From an uncultured archaeon (lineage in GTDB: Archaea > Altiarchaeota > Altiarchaeia > JAFGQM01): a DNA stretch of 64,000 nt. The position numbers and the translations under genes were made by a program. This document shows, piece after piece, positions 18,100 to 28,062 of this stretch (position 1 is the first letter of the stretch; each line of letters begins with the position of its first letter). The notes under the pieces are model-generated. The model was not told the origin of the DNA. It worked only from the letters and a program-made list of their open reading frames with translations, and did not search any database. The stretch is from the NCBI GenBank assembly GCA_964619365.1, contig CAZUDQ010000004.1, forward strand, positions 13,185-77,184. The letters run 5' to 3'.

Positions 18100-19776
18100 A
18101 TGAACACAAACAAATCTAAAGCGACACTTGCGGTTTTTTTGTTGTCGGCCTTTTTAGTCGCATCACAATCCGCAATTGGATCAACAAGCGGAGCGCAGAC
18201 GCCAACGAGTCTGATTATCGACTTTTCGATAACTCCTTCAGACACAGAACTTGAACCAGGTGAAAGCAACATAATAAATGTTGCAATAAAAAACACAGGT
18301 GGTCAGCCCGCCGAAGCTGTAAAGCTTACTGTAAGCGGTACTGGGAGTGTGATTGCAGGAGGGGGCTATTATATCGGAGACATTCCTGCGGGAGACACAA
18401 AGACAGTCCCAATAACCGTCCGCGCATCAACTTCACCCCAAACAAGATTAAGCAGAGTCAATGTAATGATATACTACACAGGCTTTGATTCAAATGGAAA
18501 TTCTGACAGGACTTATGACAACTGGCAGATACCTGTTTTTGTAGATATCCCCTCCATGTTCTCAGTCGAGACAAGTACAAACACGCTTTTTGAAGGGGCA
18601 CCAATCCCAGTAACATTTTCATTATCCCCTTCAGATAACGCATTTAGTGTTTATGCAGAATTCGAATCGGATTGTGCAACGGTAATTGGTTCATCAAAAG
18701 TGTTTTTAGGCGATATTGTGGCCTTAACAAACGCCAATGACGAGCTTATCCCAGCTAAAGACGTCACCTTTGCATTGAGTCCAACAGGTTCAGATTCTTG
18801 TACTGGCAACTTAAAGCTTGACTACATAACAAAAGCAGGGTCAAACGCCAATGACGAGATTCCAATAGGCTTTAGTATCGGGGACTCTCCAGTCGATTTT
18901 AAGATTACGGGTGTCAACTACTCGACAATCGTTCCTGGCGGAACAACAGACCTTGAAATAACCCTCAAAAACGGGGGGAGTTTTACTGCAGAGGACACTA
19001 CAATCTCCTTTGAATTAAAAGACCCGTTTGTCCCTATAGAAAGCTCTGAAGTCTATATTGGGGACGTCGCACCTGATGAAACTGTCACAGCAGACTTTAA
19101 GATGGGTGTAACTTGGGACGCAGAAACAACCATATACTCAATGACCTTTAACATCTGTTACAAGCTTACAGGCACTGAGGTCTGTCAGGAAAAAATGATA
19201 GGTGTTGACGTGGTGGGTGACATAATCCTTGAGATTATCGGCACAAGTTCCACGTCATCAGGACTTAGTGTTGAAGTTGCAAATCTTGGGACAAGAAGTG
19301 CAGATGCCATCGTTGCAACATATTACTCTGGAAATCAGGGAGCGACAACAGGAGAGTTCCCAACGACACAAAGGTCTGATTTTTCAGGAAAACAGAACTC
19401 AAACACTACAAGACCCAGTTCCGCACCCGAATCTGATATGCCCAGTGGAAATGGTATTGTGGACTACAAGTCAGACATAAAGGCGGGAAATCAAGGAACC
19501 TTTACGTTTACTGGCGCATCATCAACCGAAGGTGGAACGGTAGTTTTTGAGTATACTGGAGCAGGAAACCAAAGAATCACCCAAGTCGAGACCTTACCTT
19601 CCTCAAGTGGCGGCTCTTCAGCCACGACAGGTGACATGAATGCAAAACGCTCTTCTAGTGGCGGATTTGGACTTGTAGAAATAGCTATAATAATAGTTGT
19701 CGTAATAACCCTCTACTATGCGTACAGGAAAAAATATTTCGATAGGTTCTTAAAGAGGGAAAAAGGTTCTGAGTAA
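18100..19776 (+). CDS. COG1361 S-layer-domain/Ig-like exported protein with a C-terminal TM anchor
   Basis: Signal peptide, repeated PG..I.V.IKN.G..A CARDB-like units, C-terminal TM with basic tail; first gene of an ABC operon. Confidence 0.8.
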   Translation: MNTNKSKATLAVFLLSAFLVASQSAIGSTSGAQTPTSLIIDFSITPSDTELEPGESNIINVAIKNTGGQPAEAVKLTVSGTGSVIAGGGYYIGDIPAGDTKTVPITVRASTSPQTRLSRVNVMIYYTGFDSNGNSDRTYDNWQIPVFVDIPSMFSVETSTNTLFEGAPIPVTFSLSPSDNAFSVYAEFESDCATVIGSSKVFLGDIVALTNANDELIPAKDVTFALSPTGSDSCTGNLKLDYITKAGSNANDEIPIGFSIGDSPVDFKITGVNYSTIVPGGTTDLEITLKNGGSFTAEDTTISFELKDPFVPIESSEVYIGDVAPDETVTADFKMGVTWDAETTIYSMTFNICYKLTGTEVCQEKMIGVDVVGDIILEIIGTSSTSSGLSVEVANLGTRSADAIVATYYSGNQGATTGEFPTTQRSDFSGKQNSNTTRPSSAPESDMPSGNGIVDYKSDIKAGNQGTFTFTGASSTEGGTVVFEYTGAGNQRITQVETLPSSSGGSSATTGDMNAKRSSSGGFGLVEIAIIIVVVITLYYAYRKKYFDRFLKREKGSE

Positions 19777-19807
19777 TTAGTCGGGCCTTTTCCAAAAAAT
19801 AACTGCC

Positions 19808-21043
19808 ATGTCAACAACGCTAAACATCGCCGTCAGAAATATAACGCGCCATAAGGCAAGAAGTGCACTTACAATATTTGGAATACTTGTGGGTATCGGT
19901 CTTGTTATGGTACTTGGTGGCATAACTGAAGGGCTTAATCAGCAACTTCAGGACCAGTTCCAAAACATGGCTGCGACAATTACAGTTTCAGACTCAGGTG
20001 GTGACGGTATTGATGACGATGTGGTTGAGGAGATTCGTGGCATACCTGGTGTCGAGAGTGTTGTTGAAACAGGGACTTATAATATAGAGCGAAATGTTCG
20101 GGGCAATGAGATGGGCTTTGGCACCAAAAGCGGAGGCATAATGATGGATGCCGGACGCATGCCTGGCGAAGGCTCCTTTGGTGTTTCAATAACTTTTACA
20201 GCAATACCAACAGAAGAGTTCTCAAGTATTGTAAGTGACGAGATAGGAGTACTAAGCGGTCGCAAATTAGAAGGGTCTGACGAAGGTACAAATTATGTGG
20301 TTTTGGGTTATAGCTTAGCAGAGGCCCAGGGATTAAATGTTGGCGATGAAATTGAGTACATCCGCGAGATTAAAAAATCCCAGATTGATGAAGATGAAAC
20401 AAGAGAGGAAACTCATTATTTTGAAGTAGTAGGCATTCTTGAAGAAGCGGATTCAGATGATATTGATAAGGCAGCATACGTTCCCCTTGACACCATGCAA
20501 AATATTGAGGAGGATGACAAAATATCAAAGCTAGTAGTAACAGTAACTGATGTGGATGTGGTTGAGGAGATATCTGAAGAAATTGAGAACAGGGTTGATG
20601 ATGTTTCTGTGCGCTCTGCAATAACAATGGTTCGCCAACTCGAATCGATGCTTGGCGGTGTTCAATTAGCACTTCTTGGAATTGGCGCAGTTGCAGTCTT
20701 TGTCGGCGGCCTTGGAATAATAAACACTATGCTTACTTCAGTCATGGAAAGAAGGCGAGATATGGGTGTTATGAAAGCGGTTGGCGCAACTGAAAAGATG
20801 ATTCTTTCCCAAGTGATAACTGAAGCCGTCATAATGAGTCTTATCGGAGGTATTGGCGGAATATTAATAGGGTACATTGCAGAGCGGACAATGCCCGGGA
20901 TTATAGGTATGGATGTTGTTATGTCACCCTTCTTGGTAATACTGGGACTTGGGTTTGCAGTACTCTTAGGTGTTTTCTCTGGAATTTATCCTGCCCATCA
21001 AGCATCAAAATTAGATCCAGTGGAGGTGTTGGCATATGAATAA
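19808..21043 (+). CDS. ABC transporter permease, MacB/FtsX family
   Basis: RN..RHK.RS.LT..GI..G, GIINTMLTSVMERRRDMGVMKAVGA, YPA..ASKLDPVE.L. Confidence 0.92.
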   Translation: MSTTLNIAVRNITRHKARSALTIFGILVGIGLVMVLGGITEGLNQQLQDQFQNMAATITVSDSGGDGIDDDVVEEIRGIPGVESVVETGTYNIERNVRGNEMGFGTKSGGIMMDAGRMPGEGSFGVSITFTAIPTEEFSSIVSDEIGVLSGRKLEGSDEGTNYVVLGYSLAEAQGLNVGDEIEYIREIKKSQIDEDETREETHYFEVVGILEEADSDDIDKAAYVPLDTMQNIEEDDKISKLVVTVTDVDVVEEISEEIENRVDDVSVRSAITMVRQLESMLGGVQLALLGIGAVAVFVGGLGIINTMLTSVMERRRDMGVMKAVGATEKMILSQVITEAVIMSLIGGIGGILIGYIAERTMPGIIGMDVVMSPFLVILGLGFAVLLGVFSGIYPAHQASKLDPVEVLAYE

Positions 21044-21824
21044 AAGTCGCGAGAGGGAACTGGCAGAAGAAGATCAGATTTCGATAAAATGCGAAGACCT
21101 TGTTAAGGTGTACAATAAAGGCAAACCAAATGAATGCAAGGCACTTGATGGAGTCTCTTTTGAAGTCAAAGAAGGCGAGTTTGTAGCAATTGTTGGCCAC
21201 TCTGGGTCTGGAAAGTCAACGCTTCTCCATCAGATAAGTTGTCTTGATACTCCAACAAGTGGAATTGTTAAGATTGGAGGGAAATTAACAAAAGGTCTTA
21301 GCGGCGATGGAAAGGCGCAGCTTAGACGGGACAAACTGGGTTTTGTCTTCCAGCAATTTAATTTAATTAAAAGTCTCTCGGCACTTGAAAACATCACACT
21401 TCCTATGGAATTTGCTGGAAAAAGCAAGAAAGTGTCTGAAAAGCGTGGCCGTGAACTATTCGCTCTTGTCGGACTTACTGGCAAAGAAGAAAACCTGCCG
21501 ACTCAACTTTCAGGAGGCCAGCAGCAAAGGGTGGCAATAGCGCGCGCCCTTGCAAACAACCCGCAGATAATAATGGCAGATGAACCCACTGGAAATCTTG
21601 ATTCGGTCACAGAAAAAGAGATATTAAGAATACTAATAGAACTTAATAGAAAAGAGAAAAAGACCCTAATCATTGTCACGCATGAACCGTCTCTGGCTGA
21701 AACGGCCGATAGAGTAATAAAGTTAAAAGACGGCCATGTTGAATTCGATCGCAAAGGAAAAGGTAATGCAGAAAAGCTTCTTGGTGTCGGTTCTTTAAAG
21801 AGAATAACCTTGCATGAGGATTAA
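21036..21824 (+). CDS. ABC transporter ATP-binding protein, LolD/MacB family
   Basis: GHSGSGKST, LSGGQQQRVAIARAL, ADEPTGNLD, VTHE. Confidence 0.95.
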   Translation: MNKSRERELAEEDQISIKCEDLVKVYNKGKPNECKALDGVSFEVKEGEFVAIVGHSGSGKSTLLHQISCLDTPTSGIVKIGGKLTKGLSGDGKAQLRRDKLGFVFQQFNLIKSLSALENITLPMEFAGKSKKVSEKRGRELFALVGLTGKEENLPTQLSGGQQQRVAIARALANNPQIIMADEPTGNLDSVTEKEILRILIELNRKEKKTLIIVTHEPSLAETADRVIKLKDGHVEFDRKGKGNAEKLLGVGSLKRITLHED

Positions 21825-22384
21825 ATCTCAATCAGATTCGCAGACTCTTCTTCGACCTCAAGAAATATGGCCTCAGAATTCTTGTGGCCCCCAGTGTTTA
21901 ATTTTTCTCTATAATCTTCATCCAAAAGATGCGAAAGCATTACTAGAAGAGCGCCGTTGTGACTTACAACAATTATTGTATCCTCACTATGCTCTTTTTT
22001 GATATCTGTTATGAACTCTTTGACTCGCATTAAAACTTCGTCCCAAGTTTCCCCACCCGGAGCTCCCCAATCAGATCTCATAAGACTTTCTGGAAAACAA
22101 TCAGAGCGTTTCTTTCCTGTATGAATCCCCAAATCCCTTTCTCTTAGTCTTTTGTCTGTCTTAAAAATCGTCTTTGGATGTTTGGATAGGATTTCTTCAG
22201 CCGTTTCTTTGGCTCGCCTAAGGTCGCTTGAATAAATGTAATCTGCGTTTTGGTTCTTTAACTCTTCTGAAAGTTCTTTGTTGCGCAACTTCCCTTCTTG
22301 ACTTAAAGTTCCTTGCAAATGGCCCTGTAAAATGTCATTGATATTCTCTTCAGTCTTACCGTGTCTAACAAGAATTAGCCTCAT
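21821..22384 (-). CDS. Histidine phosphatase (phosphoglycerate mutase family)
   Basis: LVRHGKT, SSDLRRA.ETA, LRE, GGE, VSHNG; start at MRLILVRHG. Confidence 0.9.
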   Translation of the reverse strand: MRLILVRHGKTEENINDILQGHLQGTLSQEGKLRNKELSEELKNQNADYIYSSDLRRAKETAEEILSKHPKTIFKTDKRLRERDLGIHTGKKRSDCFPESLMRSDWGAPGGETWDEVLMRVKEFITDIKKEHSEDTIIVVSHNGALLVMLSHLLDEDYREKLNTGGHKNSEAIFLEVEEESANLIEI

Positions 22385-22388
22385 GCTC

Positions 22389-23663
22389 TTAAATCTTTTC
22401 CCACTTACCCAGTTCAAGGATTTGCCCAAGACTCTTGCCACCCTCAATTTCAGCCTTTACACGTTCCTCTTTTTCCTTTACATAAAGCGCTCTTTTTGAG
22501 ATTTCAAGAGCACGCTTCTTTGGGATTATGACAACGCCGTTTTTATCGGCAAGTATGTAGTCGCCCGGACACACTTCCTGCCCCCCGCATCTTATTGGAA
22601 TATTAAGTTCTCCCATTCCTTTTGGCTCGCCGGCAGCAGGGCTTATGCAGCGCGCATAAACTGAGAACCCCATGTTTTTTATTTCATCAATATCGCGCAC
22701 GCCTCCGTCGATTACAAGTCCTGCAATCTTCTTTTTAACGGCACTTAGCGTCGCAAGTTCGCCCCAGAGGGCAACCTGGCTTTCATGTGCGTCAATAACT
22801 ATGACATCGCCTTCTTCAGCACGGTCTATTGACTGGACTGTTTTTGACCAGTCGCCGGGATACGCGCGCACTGTAAATGCCTTGCCAAAGAATTTATTGT
22901 TAAACGAAACTGGTCGCAGTCCATGCATTTCACCTCGTCTGTGCATGGCATCACTAACATGACATGTGCTGACCATTCCAAGAAGCTCTTCAACGCTTTG
23001 AGTCGCAATCTCGCCTTTTGTTTTGTGGGTCATGCGTGCATCGGCTATTGCTTTTTTGTATTCAGCAGCCTTTTCCTTTGCGTTAGCGGCTTTTGTTATG
23101 CCCCCGCCAACAACAATGACTTCAGCACCTGAAAGTATTGCATTTTTTGCACCCTCAACACTAAGTCCACCCCCAACGGCAATCGGAACGCTAGTAGTTC
23201 CTGATATTGCCTTTAAATCGCTAAATACGTTTTTTCCAATCATCTGCTGGTCGATTCCAGTGTGGACCATTACATAATCTGCTCCAAGCTCAACTGCGCG
23301 TCCTGCGGCCTCTTCAAGGCGCTTGACATTAAGCAAGTCAACGACAACTTCGCAGCCAAAGTTCTTTGCAGCTTCAACTGCCTGAATAAGTGTTTGTTCA
23401 TCGGCCGTACCCATCACAGTTACGATATCAGCCCCGGCTTTTGCAGCCATCTCGGTTTCAATGTCGCCGGTATCGGCAATCTTTAAGTCAGCAACAATCT
23501 TATGTTTGGGAAATGCTCGCCTAAGCTCGCGCACAACATCCATGCCACAGGCTTTTATCAGAGGAGTTCCTGCCTCAATCCAGTCTACAGAGTCCTTTAC
23601 TTCTTCAGCCACCTTAAGCGCGCGGTCAAGGTCCACAAAGTCAAGAGCTACTTGGAGAGTCAT
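22389..23663 (-). CDS. hxlA: Bifunctional 3-hexulose-6-phosphate synthase / RraA-like domain protein
   Basis: LQVALD, IEAGTPLIK, ADLKIADTG, HTGIDQQ; C-terminal VSDAM..WGEL..DGGVRD..PGDYILAD.NGVV. Confidence 0.9.
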   Translation of the reverse strand: MTLQVALDFVDLDRALKVAEEVKDSVDWIEAGTPLIKACGMDVVRELRRAFPKHKIVADLKIADTGDIETEMAAKAGADIVTVMGTADEQTLIQAVEAAKNFGCEVVVDLLNVKRLEEAAGRAVELGADYVMVHTGIDQQMIGKNVFSDLKAISGTTSVPIAVGGGLSVEGAKNAILSGAEVIVVGGGITKAANAKEKAAEYKKAIADARMTHKTKGEIATQSVEELLGMVSTCHVSDAMHRRGEMHGLRPVSFNNKFFGKAFTVRAYPGDWSKTVQSIDRAEEGDVIVIDAHESQVALWGELATLSAVKKKIAGLVIDGGVRDIDEIKNMGFSVYARCISPAAGEPKGMGELNIPIRCGGQEVCPGDYILADKNGVVIIPKKRALEISKRALYVKEKEERVKAEIEGGKSLGQILELGKWEKI

Positions 23664-23755
23664 TTGAATTCCTTTTTCTGTGTTTGGGCGAATTGAAACT
23701 ATAAGCTTAAAAAAGCATAGCATTTAAATCTGTAAATCTTATATCTAAGTAGATT

Positions 23756-24622
23756 ATGCCATTTAAAGAATCATTAATGAGACCTTGGCTGAAGTATGTG
23801 CAAAAAAGAAACGAACGCCTTGGTCTGGACTATAAAAAAGCGATAAATTCTGTCGGCGGATATAAACTCGTTATAACTACAGATTCTCATCAGTTTACAG
23901 CCAAGGATCATGACTTATACTATAAACATTCAAACCCCAAACTCCATGTTGCAATAAATAGTTACAGCGAGATGCCCGCGCTTGTAAGGTCGCTGGGTCC
24001 GTTTTTAAAAGAAAGAGATATAAGCCATAAATTCATTGATTCGCCCCTAGGTATGCGTATTATCAATTCTGATGTGAGTGCCGGAAAATTTCTTACAGTT
24101 TATCCAAAAAGTCCTGAGCATCTTGTGGACTTAGTTCCTGAGATTGAAAAAGAATTAAAAAAGACGGGAGTAAAAACTCGAAAGCGAGAGGCAATACTTC
24201 CTCTTACAAGCAGAGCCATTGGGAAAACAGGCCTTGTTTTTTACAGGCATCCAATGCCTGAGGAAACTGGTCACAGAGTATATGACACCGAGAAAGGCGA
24301 ATTATCTCATTCACCAATAGAGGATTCACGCGCAGCTAATTTACACAATCCAATATTTGGTCCAGACAAAGTTGCAGATATTGCCGCACAGAAAAAGATC
24401 CCCATAGAAGAATTGGACGGGATGCATGCAAGAAACCAAGAACAAATATCAAGAATTTTAAAGGAGAACAAAAAGAAGTTCCCTAGTTCTAAGGAAGTTG
24501 CTCGCCTAGCCCAAAACCAGAAAACTCTTAAGGATGTCCATAAGTTCAATAAACGAAACGAGAAGATGTATGGACCCAAAGGATCAATGCGAAATCGCCC
24601 AAAACAACACAGAAGAAAGTAA
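23756..24622 (+). CDS. Stand-alone protein resembling the lyase domain of class III/IV lanthipeptide synthetases (OspF-like phosphothreonine lyase)
   Basis: KLHVAI, HKFI, GKFLTVYP, IL..SR, LVFYR appear in the LanL/LanKC order; basic termini; no kinase or cyclase domain. Confidence 0.6.
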   Translation: MPFKESLMRPWLKYVQKRNERLGLDYKKAINSVGGYKLVITTDSHQFTAKDHDLYYKHSNPKLHVAINSYSEMPALVRSLGPFLKERDISHKFIDSPLGMRIINSDVSAGKFLTVYPKSPEHLVDLVPEIEKELKKTGVKTRKREAILPLTSRAIGKTGLVFYRHPMPEETGHRVYDTEKGELSHSPIEDSRAANLHNPIFGPDKVADIAAQKKIPIEELDGMHARNQEQISRILKENKKKFPSSKEVARLAQNQKTLKDVHKFNKRNEKMYGPKGSMRNRPKQHRRK

Positions 24623-24728
24623 CTCTCCCTTTTTATACCTTAGCTTAGAAATTTAGGGGGGAGGAAACGGCTTAGAATGCAAGAGATGCATTAGTACCCT
24701 TCTCACATGAGTCTAATTTTATTAGAAA

Positions 24729-25316
24729 ATGACAATGCCTTACTTTTCACGGATTTTAAAGGAGAGTATCCCTATTCTTTTTTTGCTCCTTTTAGGCGAG
24801 CTTATGGCAGGAGTAATCCTCCAAGAAGGTGAAGCATCATTTGCTTTAATTCCAGGTCTTCTAATTCTTCTTCCGGCAATACTTTCACTTAGGGGAAACG
24901 TATCTTCAGCCCTTGCAAGCAGATTTGGTTCTTACCTCCACATGGGTCTTGTCAAGCCGGAGATGGGTATGGGTATCTTTAAGAAAAAGGTCGTAAAAGA
25001 GAACTTCTATGCCTCAATGGTGCTTAATATCATAATGTCTGCGGCACTTGGCGTCTTTGCCTATTTTGCAGCGGTCCTAACTGGTGCAACAGACGCAAAC
25101 ATCATAGTTTTAACATTCATTGCTCTTGTCGCAGGCATCCTTTCAGGATTTTTCCTGGTTTTCTTGACAATATTCCTTGCACTTTTCACTTCATCAAAAG
25201 GGATGGACCCGGACAATGTATTGTCCCCTACAGTCGCAACAATAGGCGACATATTCACAGTACTTTTCTTATTCCTTGTAGCTGATATTGCAATAATGAT
25301 TTGGCCAATGGTATAA
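24729..25316 (+). CDS. MgtE/SLC41 integral membrane domain protein
   Basis: LPAILSLRGNV..ALASR...LH.G and G.DPDNV..P.V.TIGD. Confidence 0.85.
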   Translation: MTMPYFSRILKESIPILFLLLLGELMAGVILQEGEASFALIPGLLILLPAILSLRGNVSSALASRFGSYLHMGLVKPEMGMGIFKKKVVKENFYASMVLNIIMSAALGVFAYFAAVLTGATDANIIVLTFIALVAGILSGFFLVFLTIFLALFTSSKGMDPDNVLSPTVATIGDIFTVLFLFLVADIAIMIWPMV

Positions 25317-25365
25317 AGAAAGATTTTCACACTTAAAACACAATAAATATGTGATTTAACAAACA

Positions 25366-25992
25366 ATGGACGAAGTTGAATCGATTGAAGAGATCTCTGA
25401 TGAGGTTTTCGAAGAGAAGAAGTCGTTAAAAGACATTCTAGTCGAGATGAAAGACTTATCGGAAGCTACAACAGACTTGGCATATTCTGCAGTGCTCCTA
25501 AACAGCACTGAACTTGCCGAAGAAGTAGTTGAGATGGAAGTGCAGATGGATAAGCTTAGGATTGAAGCTGAGCTTAAGGCAATGCTTGCCTCACGTAATC
25601 AAGAAGACGCCGAGGATCTTGTTGCGATGCTTCATATTGCTGCAGCTGCCGAGAACATGAGTGATGCCGCAAAAAACATAGTCGAAGTCGTATTGCGTGG
25701 CGAAGGCGACCACCCTATTCTAAGGGGAATGGTGTCTGAAGCCGAAGAGACGACTATAAAGGCAAAAGTTTCAGAAGACTCAGTTCTTGCAGGAAAGACT
25801 CTTGGTGCATTATGCCTCTCTACACACACAGGTATGCTTGTTATTGCAATAAAGCGCGGAAAACGCTGGCTTTATCGCCCAAAGAAGCGTAGTGTGATAC
25901 AGGCAGGAGACCTCCTCATTGCCGTCGGTTCTCAGGAAGGCGCTGAACTTCTCCAAGAAATCGCAGAAGGCAAGATAACTGAGATTTGTTAA
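25366..25992 (+). CDS. PhoU + TrkA-C domain protein
   Basis: MKDLSE..DLAYSAVL..AEEV; C-terminal LAGKTL..L..TGM.VIAIKRG..GDLLIAVG. Confidence 0.85.
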   Translation: MDEVESIEEISDEVFEEKKSLKDILVEMKDLSEATTDLAYSAVLLNSTELAEEVVEMEVQMDKLRIEAELKAMLASRNQEDAEDLVAMLHIAAAAENMSDAAKNIVEVVLRGEGDHPILRGMVSEAEETTIKAKVSEDSVLAGKTLGALCLSTHTGMLVIAIKRGKRWLYRPKKRSVIQAGDLLIAVGSQEGAELLQEIAEGKITEIC

Positions 25993-26059
25993 AAAACAGG
26001 CATTATTTTTGCCTGTTTATACTTTTTCTATTTTTAAGATTTATTCGCATAAACTAGTT

Positions 26060-27001
26060 ATGTACGCGCCACCAGACCCGGTTTCAAATCACCAGACCCA
26101 GATGATTATGAACATGGTAGTTTCAATATTTCTCTTAATAGGGGTACTAATTGTTCTCCAATACTTCAATTTTATCTACCTCAATGATATACCAGTCTTT
26201 GGGGGGTGGGCAATGGACATATATGAACAAGTATTTGGCACCCCAAAAGTCCTGATACTTCATGGCAATGATTCGGTTGGAGATTGGAAGGAATTGCGGG
26301 ACCAGCTTAGCTCTGAGATGTCCATTAATGCGGGCATGTACTTTAACTATGAAGATATTGATATCCGGGAGTATGATGCGGGCATGGAAAGCAAACTTGA
26401 AAATTACGGTCTTGTTATTGTTGAAGATGCACTTGAAATAGACAAGGGCAAGCTCATAAACCTAGATAATTTCGTGAAAAATGGAGGTAATCTTGTTTGG
26501 GTCGGTGATGCAGGTACGATTGGTGTTGTTGAATATGAGGATACGCCCATTGCGATACAATATGGCTGGGAACGCTCTGTTGTTTGCGTAAATCCGGAAA
26601 CAAAAACTGAGTGTGATTGCTCAACAGTTGCAAAAAACTCGACTTGCAAATACCTAAACGAACAAGCAGAGCGCACAAAAGTAGATTTCGAAGCAAGACT
26701 TGGCGCGGCATTTGTAGAAGATGTCAATCTCACAAATCCACAAATAAAGATTGTTGATACAGACCACTGGGCAATGAGTGGGATAAACCAGTTATTTGGC
26801 ATAAATTCGACAAAAGCGGCCAAAGTCAAAAACGGATATGAGACAGAGCTTGTCGCAAATGTACTGCAGGGAGATGATACTTATCCTGGGGTATTTGTTC
26901 AGGAAGGGCCTGGAAGGACCGGAACTGTGCTTTACTTCGCATACCCTCCCGAGGATACATTAGAAGTGCTTTTACCGCTTATAGGGCGCATGAGATATTA
27001 A
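26060..27001 (+). CDS. Hypothetical membrane-anchored protein
   Basis: N-terminal TM; alpha/beta extracellular region (FVKNGGNLVWVGDAG resembles class I GATase-like folds). Confidence 0.6.
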   Translation: MYAPPDPVSNHQTQMIMNMVVSIFLLIGVLIVLQYFNFIYLNDIPVFGGWAMDIYEQVFGTPKVLILHGNDSVGDWKELRDQLSSEMSINAGMYFNYEDIDIREYDAGMESKLENYGLVIVEDALEIDKGKLINLDNFVKNGGNLVWVGDAGTIGVVEYEDTPIAIQYGWERSVVCVNPETKTECDCSTVAKNSTCKYLNEQAERTKVDFEARLGAAFVEDVNLTNPQIKIVDTDHWAMSGINQLFGINSTKAAKVKNGYETELVANVLQGDDTYPGVFVQEGPGRTGTVLYFAYPPEDTLEVLLPLIGRMRY

Positions 27002-27068
27002 CTTTAAACCCATTTGAATATTTATAGACTCAACCCTCTAAATTAGTCGGATAAAAACCACCCGTATA

Positions 27069-27479
27069 ATGGCAAAGGACCTAAGTTATCTTATTGGACG
27101 CTTGCAGGGACTAAATGAGCTTGTAAAGATTCTAAAAGGCGTCGTTGACAAAGATAAGAATGCAGACTCAGAGATGGTCAAAGTTATGACCGACCATGTA
27201 GCAGAGCAACTCACTTCAATACTTTCCGATCTTGATGAAATTGGCATGGACAACAATCAGCAAGTCGCTCTTGCTGATATAAAGGCAAAACATGTCATGC
27301 CAAACGAACCAGAATCAAAAGATGAGGAAGAAATTTCTGATTTAAAAGACGATGCAGAAGGGGCCGAATCTAAAACAGACGAACCAGCGCCTGACGAAGA
27401 GCAAAAGCCTGCCGATATTGATCAGCATCAAAAGACAGTTGACGATCTCCTGCATGACCTTGAAGCAATGCAGACTTAG
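27069..27479 (+). CDS. Hypothetical acidic protein
   Basis: 136-aa ORF, helical N-terminus and acidic low-complexity C-terminus. Confidence 0.6.
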   Translation: MAKDLSYLIGRLQGLNELVKILKGVVDKDKNADSEMVKVMTDHVAEQLTSILSDLDEIGMDNNQQVALADIKAKHVMPNEPESKDEEEISDLKDDAEGAESKTDEPAPDEEQKPADIDQHQKTVDDLLHDLEAMQT

Positions 27480-27528
27480 GCAATATAATCCCCAGTAAGG
27501 TTTTTCTTGGCAGTCCCATTTTATTCAC

Positions 27529-28062
27529 ATGGAAACTGCGTGCATGGGGGGCGCGGGATGTTTTGACCCATTATCATTAATAGTCCTTGTCCCACTCGTT
27601 ATACTTGCCATTATCTTTGTATGGGCAATACAAAAGAAATCGCGCGCAACAATTGCGATAAAGGCTTCATACATATTCATAGCTTTAGACCTTGTTCTTT
27701 TTTTAATAGTTCCTGTATGCTCCGTACCCTTCCCATGCTACGTTTGGACTCTCGTACCGCTTGTGATGTTTGGTATGCTGATATTTTTCCTCCTTAGGCG
27801 TTTTAAGCACGACTACGAGCATGAAAAGAGGCTTGTTCACGCGATGGTAGACGGTCACATAGACCCAAGAAACGTTTCAGAAGTGCTTGCCGTAAGTTCA
27901 AGCAAAAAACAAGATAAGAAAGCCAGCACGCAGGAAGAAAAAAAGGAGAAAGAGGAAAAACCCACCGAAGTTAAGCTCAATGAAGTTGAAAAGATAATTT
28001 CAGAGGCAAAAGCCGCAAACAAAAAACGCAAGGTTGCGGCCAGTAAAAAGAAGAAGGATTAA
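27529..28062 (+). CDS. Hypothetical membrane protein (3 TM, charged tail)
   Basis: Three hydrophobic segments and a Lys/Glu-rich C-terminus. Confidence 0.6.
   Translation: METACMGGAGCFDPLSLIVLVPLVILAIIFVWAIQKKSRATIAIKASYIFIALDLVLFLIVPVCSVPFPCYVWTLVPLVMFGMLIFFLLRRFKHDYEHEKRLVHAMVDGHIDPRNVSEVLAVSSSKKQDKKASTQEEKKEKEEKPTEVKLNEVEKIISEAKAANKKRKVAASKKKKD

Noticed and set aside
17822-18103. 93-aa ORF across the palindrome cluster
   Set aside because: No recognisable motif and a non-ATG start; better explained as non-coding DNA.
24623-24728. Possible metal-sensing riboswitch upstream of the MgtE-domain gene
   Set aside because: Only a short hairpin (AATGCA/TGCATT) and a G-run are present, with no M-box or yybP-ykoY consensus visible.
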